64,000 nucleotides of DNA from Amphiscolops sp. MND2022 (Eukaryota), in assembly GCA_964187785.1 (NCBI GenBank), contig OZ076409.1:58034001-58098000 (forward strand). The letters are read 5' to 3'. A model generated the notes under the pieces. The model was not told the DNA's origin, did not search any database, and saw only the letters and a program-made list of their open reading frames with translations. Below, piece after piece: positions 24,339 through 35,880 of the stretch (positions are counted from its first letter, which is position 1; the number at the start of each line of letters is the position of its first letter). A program made the position numbers and the translations under genes.

Positions 24339-27300
24339 ATGTCTTCAACTGAAGGTTGGTTTGTTTCTTTTTGAACTCAAATTTAACTTGATCAGGGCTA
24401 AATTCGTTCACAAAATGCTTCCTGTTTTCATCAATAAACGTGTGATAACACGTTTCGTTCAAATTTTCAAACACTTCCGGAAGTTTTCTAATGCGGTAAA
24501 ATGGATTTTTTCCAAGGAAGCTCACCGCCAAATTTCATCTCATTCTGTTTAGAAAACCAGAATAATGACGAATCACAGATTCGAAACACCACTTCTTCAA
24601 ACAATCTTGCCGAGGTTCCTCAACGCCCGCTCCCGATTACCATGCCAAGGCCTAGATCCGATCTAATTGCTCCGTCTTCTCTATCTTCATCCAACATCCT
24701 TGCTATGCCAACAGCAGCGGTAACAGGAGGAGCCCAAGATACAGCTACTCCCTCTCCTTTCAGTGTCGACAGTGATTTTGATGTCACGGCGTACGCTGAT
24801 GAGAAAGTTTTGCTTCTCGAACGGGCCCAGGAACAGGAAGAGAGACAAATTGCCAAGAGTTCTGAACTCGGGGAACAGGAGGTTGAAGAGAGTGTCCCAG
24901 AGGGTTCACTTACGGTTGGGAACGAAATCCGATCTTCTACCTTGCCCTTCCAAACAAGCACTCCAACCAAGGATTTGCCCAGTGAGTCTGCAAGGCTGAA
25001 TTTATCGCAACTAGAAGCCGGTCTCACAGTTGCTCCATCTACCCAGACGGAATTGCCAGAATTGTTGACAACTCGCGGAAATACTACCAACATGTCAGCA
25101 GCATCATTCCTCCACCATGAGACTGACGAAAGTTCGTCTATATGTGATGCCCCCAAATTGCCGACTGGAGTCGCGGACATAGTATATTTAGACGACATAA
25201 CAGGGACTGAGGAAGCTGGTGACACATCCAGTCAGGCAAGTGGACCAGCTCTATACAGTTTCCAACCAGTGGGAGGCGCAGCAGAAACTGCAGGGGAGTC
25301 ATCAGTTGACACTCCTATTCCTCATCCGGATAACTTGCGTCCGTCAACATCAACGTCTGCAGAGCAAGGTTCTGGCATCAGGGAGCTCTCTGGTCGCAGC
25401 CGGGCTATTTTAAAACAATACTTCGATCAGGATGCTACTACCATCAACTTCCCCCTCGGCCATAGAACGGTGGCTTTCACTGAGCCACAAGTGTACCATC
25501 TTTTGAGGGTCCTTACAGATGAAACCTTGAAGATGTCTTTCACTGCCATGGAACAGATGGTGATCGGGGCAGTTCGTGGAGCGCCGGTTACTTCCAGTTC
25601 TCGAACTGGTCATTTCCGAAACAGGCCAAGAGCCCAAACTCCCGGACCTGGACTTCATAGTGATTCCGAGGGCAGTTCGCATTCTGAAAATTTCCCTGAG
25701 TCAGGAACTGATACGTCTGCCGGGTCAAGTTCGGAACAAGAAGATAGAGGACTGGACTCTTCCAACAACACTGATAGCTCTGGGGAGATGGCTCTAATTT
25801 CACAGGCTTTTAAGGAGCCTTTCAGACCTGCTTCAACTTCCTGTGGGACTACTCAAGATGATCCCCCTCAAGCAGGTTTCGAATCAGCAGATCAGTCTAG
25901 TCTTGATGCTACCCTTTCCGAGTTACGAACTCAAACTTCTCCTGCTCCGCCCTTAGCTTCGAGTTCGGGTAAAGTGCCAAAACGTAAGCAACGGAAACAG
26001 ACTCGAGGTATCCCTATGAAAGAGGAGTTCTTCTCTAAAATCGGATGGACGCGCTCGTTCATTTCTGGACCAGCAGACCCGCTCCATAATCCTTATATGG
26101 TATGGTGCCATATATGCAAAAAGAATCTTTCTGTGAAGACGAAGGGCACTTTGGAAATTCTGCGGCACCACAGGACGGAGAAGCACCTCCGAAAAGATCA
26201 AAGATGGCGTTACGAGCACCTCAAGAGTGTTCACCCCGTGTCCGGAAAGGTGCAACATCGAGTGAGAGGCCGCAATGGGAAGATTCTCTCAGAGATTGAG
26301 TTGGCTAAGGAGATGCGCCACTTTATGCACGTTGAGTTGGTGGACATCGGAGAACGTTTCCCTTTCTATGACGATTTCATAAAAGGAACAACCACCACAC
26401 TCGTCACCCCTGAATCAAGAGCTAAGACACAGATCCAACTTATTGGGAACTTCATACAGCAGCACGGGGATATTGGAATGCTCCGCAAATTGTGGTCCCA
26501 AATAGGCTCTTTGACTAACTACCAGTCCAGCTACTGTGACTTCGATTGGGGTGAAGAAAGAATTTCGGTAAGTTCTCTATTGGGTTTGTACACTGCTTGT
26601 GGTAGGCCAAAACCTTCCAAACATTTCGTAATTCTCCTTTTCCTTTTCAGGCCATCTTCCAGCACATCTTCAATTGTGCAATGAACGATTTAGCAAACCA
26701 GATTGCTACCACACAGCACTTTGCCATCGAATTTGAGGATCAGGGTGTGAACAGACTCATGTCTGTCAAATTCTGGAAAGACAACACCCTCTGCCGAGTC
26801 TACGTGTGTCGAAGTGGGCTTCCTTCCTCTGACCTTACTGGAGAGTTGGGGTCCCTCTCTCGACTCCTCTCAGTAGTATCCACTAAAGCCGATATAGTCG
26901 CCTGTTCCGGATGTCCTGTCGAGCTGATTCAGACTATCGACAACAATGTTTTCTTCCCCCGGGCTGTCCAGAGTTGCTTTCGCTTCGAGCATCTGCAGCT
27001 CCAGAAGATGATGCACAAGCCCACTTTCAGTGTGTTTGGCAGAATAGACTTCTTCTCTGTTCTGAAGTGCCTCGTAGTTTCACTTGGAGCAGCTTCCAGT
27101 GAGGATTGGGCCCTGCAATCCCCTGAACTGGCACGAGTTAGTATATTAAGTTCAAACATGAAGCGTAAAGGGTTAGGGGGTAGGTTCGGACAAAAGACAA
27201 TTCGGGTTCGTTTAGGCTATCGATACCTGCAAACTGGACTTGCCGAGTTTACCCAACCTCTGTCGGGAACTTGTAAAACATTGGAAGGCGATCCGGCAGT

Positions 27301-28745
27301 ACCTGACGTCCCATACTCCACACCAGGGAATGCAGGGGGTCCACAATCAAGTGCAGAGCTTCGAGTGGTCTCTCATCTGCGACTCCTTCTTCATCGTCAA
27401 GTTGGAGTTCTTTCAACGCATAATCAGTGATTGTGAGTATACCGCTACATATCCATATTGGTACTATAAGACATTATCAGAATGATCCTTGATCCTTGAT
27501 TCCTCGGGCCACTAGCGCAGTAGGCATATCGGTATGGGTTTATGTAGACGTTTTGTTCTTTTCATGGTCTTGTCCTTTGTATTTCCAGATGTCGCCAGTT
27601 TCGTTGCCAATCTGTTGGGCCGACGAGATGCAACATTTTTCCTCTGTGGAGAAGTCTGCCGATTCATCTCCAAGTTATGTGCCAGATGTTACTTGCCGGA
27701 AACCATCCCTCTCGAGAATTCGTGGTTCCTGCTCCTCAATTTCAACGTGAGCGACGGGAAGTTCATCAGCGAGGAGGAGTTCCTTGTCCGACACCGGCTG
27801 ACAACTCGGATAGCTACTGCCAGCAAACAGTGTGCCGATGTTGTCCATTTGAACAAGAAATCGGAGAAAGCCGCCATTGAGAAGACAGCTGCAGAGACAA
27901 CCAGCAGTTTCGTCAAAGAAGGACTGCAGTTTATTCAGTACTTGGTCAAGCAGGTCCTCAACCAAGCCGGTCTGAGCTCCGAGGTGATCAAGGGGTTGGC
28001 CGCCTTTGATCCTTTCGTCCTCTTCAAGAGGCCGAGTGAGGTCGGACTTCGTCATTTCGAGGTATTGTACTCGACCTTCCAGCTTCGCTCCTGGGTCTCC
28101 GGTGAGAATGAGAACATCTGTCGAGATGAGTATTTGGCTTTGTTAGATCACCTGCGAGTCAATTATCCTCCAGATTTCGATTTCAATGAAAATTCCCCCG
28201 ACCTGATAGACTTTCTGATGCAACTCGAGTTTTTTCAAACTCATGAGCACATTTTCCATCTTTTCAAGCTGTGCTGCTTGTGTTTGACAGAACGAAGTCT
28301 CCAATATCCCCCAGTATCTTTCGGGAGTGTTAACACTTCTGGACACCGAGGCCGTTTTGCTGACCTTATAGAGCCCTGTCAGAGTTACCTTTCTTGCGTG
28401 CCTGACTCCATTCTACATTGTTGTTCTGACGCTAATTTAGAAAAGCTTTCAGCCCTCAGTTCTTCCTTCGAGCGTTCCGCTTTCTCCCCCGACTATGATC
28501 CATGGACCTTTGTGGATGAGTTCGGGAGGTCCAAAATTTACAAGAGCCTTCTTGCCTCCTATAAGGTCGTCACTGCTGTTTCTCCCCCTCGGGCTGTTCA
28601 TCTGGAGACAGGAATTGCCTCCTCCGTGCCGGACGATTCTGCCATAAAGGTGCCCTCCAAGAAGCAAAGGAAGCGAGCAGGTAGCAGCAGTTCTACAATT
28701 TCGTCCACTTCCAAGAAGGCTGTTCAAGGGTCCTCTAAAGACTAA
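24339..28745 (+). CDS. Antisense spliced cargo gene of the retrotransposon: BED-like zinc finger plus degenerate hAT-like transposase fold (~1296 aa)
   Basis: Exons 24339-24354, 24553-26567, 26651-27136, 27216-27432 and 27589-28745 total 3891 nt. All four introns are GT-AG with matching phases (1,0,0,1). Zinc finger WCHIC...RHHRTEKH. An alternative unspliced start exists at 24501. Confidence 0.8.
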
Positions 28746-28977
28746 ATGTACATATGTATTTATGTACTTTCAGACTGTAAACTTTGTTCATTTCTCTGTT
28801 TCATATTTATTTTCATTTTGTTCTCTGTTGTCTTGATTTTCTGATCCCGTATTTATTTCCTTGTAAGGGATCATTCAAATGTCCCATTATTTATTCAAGA
28901 AATACTGCTGCATGGGACCGAAAAGATAAAAAGAATGAAAAGAAGAGAATTCCCATTTTCGGGAAGAAATTCAATTC

Positions 28978-31900
28978 TTAGTATCTGAAGTCTTCTGAGT
29001 AGTTTGGATTTGGATTAGGCCTGAGATTATATTTCCCTCCTCTAGGGCTCAGACTTTCATTTCTAGCATCTTTTTCAGATATTTCGGGCACGATAATATC
29101 ATCCCCTCTTTTCGGAGAATTTTGTGCATCGTTGTCATTCGATGAATTTCTTTCTGGAGAATTTTCATTCCCGTTTGGTCCATTTGCCATATCCGGCGAA
29201 GATTTTTCTTGGGTTTTTGGGGAAACGGCCGGATTCGGCCAATCAAATTCTTCGTTTCTAATAGCTCCAGTAGCTTCATTTCTTTTAGTGACGTCATCAT
29301 TTAAGCGGACATTCCGGCTGTGTGCCGTATTGTCATTATTCGTTTCTCGCGTGATTATATAATCCGCGTCACTCTCGTTTGCGTCATTGTTGATTTGTTC
29401 CGTACTCGGCTGTTCGCCGTTCGGTGAGCTGGCCGGAATAGGCTCGCTGCCTCGTGTGTCTAGCTGTTCGCCAAAGTTTGTTTCCCACGTTATTACATAC
29501 AAGTCGTCTTGCGGAATGATTATTTCGTCATCCGGCTGTAGACGCTGTTCTCGGAAATTGTCCTCAAGTGGCTGATTTGGAACAAACTTTTTGAGACGAA
29601 TTCGATGCAATATCTGCGTTTTATTTGTATTAAGCCTGCGGACAATGTAATTCTCGTTAGGTAAGGTCTTCTGGACTATAAATGGTCCAACCCAACGATA
29701 ATCTTTGAATGGAATTTTTGATCCTTGATGATCCGCTTTCGGCTGTAATACAAAACAGTAATCGCCCTCTTTGAGTGGGGCGGCTTTTGCTTTTCGGTCA
29801 TAATACTCCTTATATTTGATATATGACTGCATGATGTTCTGCTTAGTTTTGTCAATAAGGAGTTTTGTCCGGTTTTGGATTTCTTCTGCGAATTCAGTAG
29901 TCGGATGGATTTGCTCGTTTGGATTTGTTCCAAGCTTGTGATCCAAGATGTTGTATGGGATTCTTCCATGGAACACTCTTGTCGGTTCACATCCGATACT
30001 GGCATGGTAACTAGTATTGTGATTCAGAACTGCTAATGGCAAATATTTGTGCCATTGTCGGCGATATTCTCCACATGCCATTTTCAAGTTTGTTTTCAAT
30101 GAGGCATGTGTGCGCTCCAATTTCCCGATAGTTTGCGGGTGCTTTGTCGTTGCACATTTTAGGGTAATTCCTAAAATTTGGGTAATTTCTGCAATAATCG
30201 TGGAAGTGAAGGCAGTTCCTTTGTCTGTAATGAGCGTTGTCGGTAAGTAGGAATGTTTGGTCATAATGTCAATGAGTGCTTTGGCTACATTGATCGCTGA
30301 TGCGTCCGTGAGAGGGTAAGCGAATAAATATCTAGAGAAAACATCAATTGCCGTTAGGACATTTTCATACCCTCCGCTTGGGGGAAGATTCGGCAATAGG
30401 TCAATTTGCATGGCGTCTTCAGGTCCAAGGTCCCATTCGGGCAAATTTAGTAGTTCAGGCGTGATCGTTGCATTAGGGACTCTTTTGTCTCTGGCGCATT
30501 GCTCACACCCTTCTACCCACTTTTTGACATGTTTTGCCATGTTGGGATAATAATACCTTTGTCTGATTTCCTGCAACATTTTTGAAATCCCGGGATGTTT
30601 ATGCGCTGTCCCGTGAAGGGAGTGGAGCAGTTCCCGAAGTAGGTGTTGCGGGAGCAAAATTTGATGGTATTTAACATTCCCTGTTTCATCAAAATATTGC
30701 CGTGTTAGGATTTCGTCCTTTAGTACAATTCGTTCCAGATTATTTGCATAGTGTCTATATCGAGCGTCCTGTTGCAGTATGTTTTCTGAGTAGTCTTCGT
30801 GAAGGAGTTTTGCCTTCAATTGTTGTAATACTGCATCCTTGGATTGCTCGATAATTATCTGGTTTGTTTTCCTCAATCGGTCTTGTATTTCAGGTTGTTG
30901 TTTGGTTAAGTTGGTGGAAAGAGTTTGTATTGTAACTGTAGGGTCTTCGATTACAGGATTGTTCCTGATTGCTTCTTTCCTCGCCCAATATTGTTCTTCG
31001 GTCTCGTCGTCGTCATTGGTGTAGAAGATTTGTTCTTCCTGTGAGACTCCTGCTGATTGGACGTTTATTTCTATTGGTAGCGTTTGTACATCTTCTCGGA
31101 TTTTCATTACTAATTTGTCCTTTGGGTCTGCTTCCAGTCGGGACAAGTAATCCGCTGCCGTATTCTGTGCTCCTGGGATGTGTGCAATGACAAAATTGAA
31201 CTGAATTACATAGTCGCATGCGTTCCACAGAGCTGGGGGTACGATTTTCGTCTGAAAGAATCTCGTTACGGCTTTGTTGTCGGTTAGAATTATGACCGGT
31301 TTCGGTGCTCCCCAAAAAATATGCCCAAATTCTTTGAATGCAAAATAAATCGCAAGAAATTCTTTTGCATAAATTGACATTTTTATCTGGGCTGGGGTGA
31401 AGGTTTTTGAACCATAAGCGACCGGTGCATATGATTTGCGGATTGACGTGAATTTCTGACTCGGATCATCTTCAATGAGTACTGCGTATCCTGCAGCTCC
31501 AAAACTTGCATCTGTCATGAGTGCAATCTGCTTGTTGGGAATGGGTTGTTGTAAGGCTAAGTCGCAACATTTGTCCAGAGCTCGGTTGATTTCCTCAAAT
31601 TGCTGTACCAATTCTTTTGATACTAGGACTTTTTCGTCACTTTTCAGCATCTTGTAGAATGGGGCAAGGCGTTCGGACAGTCTTGGAACGTAGTTTCGGT
31701 AGTAGTTCAGGAAACCCAAATATCTTTGCAATGCCTTTTTCGACTTTGGAAATTTGGTTTTTTCTAGAAAATTCTGAACGTTCTGTCGTTGAGGTTTGAC
31801 GCCTTGTGGAGTAATCGTTCGTCCAAGGAAATCAATTTCACGGGCACCAAAATGACATTTGTGCATCGTCAATTTAAGGCCTGCTTCCTGAATGCATTTG

Positions 31901-34180
31901 AAAGTTGCTCTTAGGTTAGCAATGAGATGGTCGGCGTCGTTGGCGGCGATGCCGATATCGTCCACATACTGGGCGCACTGATCCGCTTTGATGACTTTGT
32001 CGAGGTATTCCCTCATGAAACTCGAGAATGCGGATAGTGACCGGCTAAGGCCTTGTGCCAAGCGTCTGTAGGCGAATGTGCGACTGGCAAAATTGAAAGC
32101 CAACATTTCGATTGAGCGTTGGTCGGCCATTGGTAGGCAGTGGTATGCCTGCGAACAGTCTAATTTGCAGAACAGTTTTTTGCCTGCCAGGTGTTGGGCA
32201 GCATCAACTAGTGTGCTGACAGGATGATTATTGTTTATATAATCATCAGAAATCAGGTTGTTGATTTTTCTCAGGTCGACTAAAAGTCGCAGTTTCCCAT
32301 TTGGTTTCTTTTGGGCGAATATTGGGCTTGCATACTTTGAGAACGGTAGAGTGGTGATGATGCCATATTTGTGTAACATGGCTAATTCGACGAGGATGTC
32401 CTCCTTTAGATTGATAGGAGCTGGGAGACTTTGACTATAGGCTGGGGAATCGTCCTTAGGCGTCAGTTTCACCTTAAATTCCTCATTCATGCCTATATCG
32501 AATCGGTGTCTTGCGAAGATATCGTGGAATTCCACTAACAGTTCCTCTATTTTCTCCTTCTCTTCAGGAGTAAGGGTGGAATCTTTCCAATCGAAGTTTT
32601 CCAAGAATTTTGCACGTGATTCTTCATCTTTGGTGGGGTCGAGTGTCTCCAGTTCCTGTAAGGCCTGTAATTCTCGGAGGATTCGTTTCTGTATCGGTGT
32701 GTGTTCCTCAGGGTTTCCAGGATTTTCTGGAGTTGGGAACCAATAGTTTTCAGAATCTTGTAGATTTTTGTTGGTCTTGATGAGACTGCTGACGTAATGG
32801 GCCGCCTGCTCTTGGTCGTTTTGCAAAAGATGCCAGGTTGATGCCGGGTCTACCGGTTTAACATGTTTCATTTGTTCTGGCGTCATGACTGAGAAATTGG
32901 CAATATGGAGTCCCTTTTTGAGTTTGTAAGGGTGGTCTGTGAAATTGTTCACTGGTATCAATATATTGCCCTCATTCAGAGTGACCAAAGCTGGGCAAAA
33001 TGTGATGTCGCCTTCTTCGTGTAGGAGGTCGCTCGGTTGCAAGATCCCGGTGACAGCATTCTCAGGGTACAACAGGGAATTGGTCCTAATTAGGACTTTA
33101 TCATTTGGCGGAATGGTTTGAGGTAGGGTTGAGAATTGGTTCTAACACGTTTGAGTATTTATGATCAGCTGTTTTGAGCTGCATTGAGAAGAACGGGAAA
33201 TTCAGTATGCCTTGTCTCATGTCCAGAACTGTGTGGTTTCGTTGAAGGAACATTAGGCCGATAATCGGACCTGTCAGGTGTTCCATGACTATAAAAATCT
33301 CATGAAACTCAATGTCGCCAACTTCAAATTTAAGTTCTATTGTGCTTTTGGGCGTTTCCAGTTGCCCATTAGCGACCATGATTTGGAAATTCGGAGGCGG
33401 ACCTTCCCGGATAACAGATTGTGGAGATAAGAGTCGAATTTTCCGGAGGTCCATTTCTGGAATTGCACTGGACAATGCTCCAGTGTCAATGAGTCCATCT
33501 ATGGTCAGCTCCCCAAAGTCCATGGGGAAGTACAACATGCGCTTCTTGCATTTGAGATTGATGTTGGTCGACAAGGGTATACAGTCTGGTTCACCGTCTC
33601 TGGTGATTAGGACGTTCTGGAATTGCTTCTCGTCTAATAGTGATTGTGGTGTAGGTTCGGAGTTGTCCTCATGGGCCTCGGTCCCCAATGGGTTCGGGAA
33701 CACTGGGTGGTTAGTACCATCATTCATCTGCCAGTTTTCAACTAGTGCTCTGGTCTTTTTATTGTGGGTAATTGGAGGGTTCTCATGGACTGTTCTATTG
33801 TAGTGCTCGATGTCATCTAGGACATATTGGAATTGTAGTAGTTCCTGGTTGTAGATCTCTGTGTCCCAATAGGGATCTCTGCCGTAATCTGGATCTATGT
33901 AGGTAGGATTGTAATTGTCAACCAGGGGAATGGGCCTGAATCGGCTATTGAAAGCAGATGTATAGTCAGGGTCCCATACAGGAATTGGTTTTTGGAACAA
34001 ATGAGTGTTATTGTATGTAATGATGGTAGCTTTTTCCATTTGTTGCTGCCAGACAACAGAGGGATAGCCCATCAATTGTTGATTGTATTGGTGGAAAGTT
34101 TGCGTTGGAGGGTCCGATCTGATGTATTGTCGGACAGATATCAGTTCGTTGTATTGGAGTCGTGGCGAAGTTAGTTTTTT
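28978..34180 (-). CDS. pol: Pol polyprotein (protease, dUTPase-like spacer, RT, RNase H, integrase) with one frameshift near 33120
   Basis: LIDTGA, KLDCSQAY, YVDD, TDASF, TDNKA, HHCC (H...HKH...CEQC), QIDL/TDKG/LER triad, WVGPF. ORFs 33101-34075 and 28978-33072 are in different frames. Confidence 0.93.
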
Positions 34181-35880
34181 GACTCATCGTTGGAAGATGA
34201 GGCCTGTGAGTTGGAAGATGTTGACTTGTGTTGTGGTTTCTGCGCTTTTGAATTGGGTTTTCCGTCATTAGCGTCGTCTGGTCTGGTGCGTTTGGGTTTG
34301 AGATGCGCACCAGCGCCTTGCCAGCATCTTTCTTCCGGGTGGTTCTTTTTACCACAAGTGCCACACTCCGGATACGTCTTTTTCTGAGTCTGTTTGCCTT
34401 GTTGGGCATCTTTTTCCTTTTTCTTCTTCAACTTTTCGCAGTCCTTGACCATATGGCCCTTTTCCTTGCAATAGTTGCAGGTTATATCTGACATTTGCCC
34501 AGTAGTTAGAGGAGTCTTGGATTTTGTCGAGGAGGTCATTGTGGCCATTGGTAGGTCGTCTGATTCCTCTAGTGCATTGAGTTCTAATTCTCTCTCCAAA
34601 TGAGCATCTATTTCGTCATAAGAGCCATTTTCGAGTCTAGCCATGTTGACAGACCGCTTCAGTTTTGGTGGCAGCTTTGCGTAGAGCAAGCTGTCAATCA
34701 TTTTCTGGGCGTGATCCCCAAATGCTTTTTCTGCCCCTTGATTTAGTTCTTCAAGGAAATCTGGTAATTTCATCGTATTGGGATCAAAGACCAGGCGGTG
34801 CCATTTATGCTTGGCAGTCGCCTGTGATTCGGGCTTGACGTATTTTCGTCTGAAGATGATTAATACGTCTTCTAAAGTTTGTCTGTTGCTGGAGCTGATG
34901 TTTCTGAAGGTTTGAAGAGCATTCTTTCTCAATAAAGAGTGGAAGTGATTGATCTTCATTTGCTCAGTCATCTCTGGCTGCATCTTGATCATCGTATGGA
35001 ACAGGTCCTCAAACAGCTCGAATTTTTCACTCTTGCCATCAAAAGTCATTGTGTTTGAGTTGACCGGGCGTATAGTGAGTTGTTGGGCTGTCGGCCTATT
35101 CTGCATCGTTGTCAAGACGTCTGCCAATCGAGTAATAGGGTCGGTTTGGGCAGCCGGAGCATTTCTCTCTTGCGCTGGGATCGTCGTGTCAAGGTTGATG
35201 TCCTCATAGGACCTGTCGAGATGGTTTCTGGATGAGACTCGTCCCGTGAGAAACTCGGGAACTTGAGGTGGAGATTCGTTGTCTCCTGTCACCATGTCAT
35301 GAACGTTATGATTAGATATTCCACCCTTTTGGCGTACATCATGTCGTTCATTCCTGCAGTTAGTCCTAGCGTTCGGGTTGCGCTGTTCTTCGGCATCCGT
35401 TTCCGGTCTCTCAGCCGGGACTTCCCATCCTCTTCTAGTCTCATGGACCGATCCGGCCATCATGGCATTTTGAATTTGAGGCAACACTTGACTATTTATA
35501 GCCTCATTGATGGCCCTTTGGATCTGTGAACTAACATTATTAAGCATATCGTCCATCTCTCTCGAGATCCTAGAATTTAATTCGCTTGACAACCTGTTTA
35601 TCTCTGCAAGTGAGTTTGCTTCAGCTGAGTTTTGGCCCAAGTCGGCGCTTGTCCTGGGTTCATTGTTCCTACAATTAGAATATAGGCTTTCGTCCTCATT
35701 CTCTTGATTGTCGCTTGCAACACTATTCCTCCTCCTAGCTGAATTACTATCTAAACTCCTTTCTCTTTCAATCCCGTTAAAGTGATTGTTTCCTAGCATT
35801 ATATCTAGGTTTTCAATATCCGAAAGGATCTCTAATCCTCTAGACTTTCTAGTCTTCTTCTGCTTTCTCGTTGTAGGCAT
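34171..35880 (-). CDS. gag: Gag polyprotein (569 aa)
   Basis: TFDGKSEKFELFEDLF capsid-like region and two CCHC knuckles (CNYCKEKGHMVKDC, CGTCGKKNHPEERC). Confidence 0.92.
   Translation of the reverse strand: MPTTRKQKKTRKSRGLEILSDIENLDIMLGNNHFNGIERERSLDSNSARRRNSVASDNQENEDESLYSNCRNNEPRTSADLGQNSAEANSLAEINRLSSELNSRISREMDDMLNNVSSQIQRAINEAINSQVLPQIQNAMMAGSVHETRRGWEVPAERPETDAEEQRNPNARTNCRNERHDVRQKGGISNHNVHDMVTGDNESPPQVPEFLTGRVSSRNHLDRSYEDINLDTTIPAQERNAPAAQTDPITRLADVLTTMQNRPTAQQLTIRPVNSNTMTFDGKSEKFELFEDLFHTMIKMQPEMTEQMKINHFHSLLRKNALQTFRNISSSNRQTLEDVLIIFRRKYVKPESQATAKHKWHRLVFDPNTMKLPDFLEELNQGAEKAFGDHAQKMIDSLLYAKLPPKLKRSVNMARLENGSYDEIDAHLERELELNALEESDDLPMATMTSSTKSKTPLTTGQMSDITCNYCKEKGHMVKDCEKLKKKKEKDAQQGKQTQKKTYPECGTCGKKNHPEERCWQGAGAHLKPKRTRPDDANDGKPNSKAQKPQHKSTSSNSQASSSNDESKN
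34174..34180 (-). promoter_or_regulatory. -1 ribosomal frameshift slippery site A AAA AAC
   Basis: Heptamer sits immediately before the gag stop. The -1 frame is open (KLTSPRLQY...QQLMGY) into the protease ORF. Confidence 0.8.
35281..35294 (-). promoter_or_regulatory. Putative primer binding site
   Basis: TGGTGACAGGAGAC directly follows the 5' LTR terminal CA. The priming tRNA was not identified. Confidence 0.7.

Noticed and set aside
26681..27750. ORFs 26681-27430, 27240-27485 and 27496-27750 as separate genes or a frameshifted pseudogene
   Set aside because: Better explained as exons and intron read-through of one spliced gene with phase-consistent GT-AG introns.
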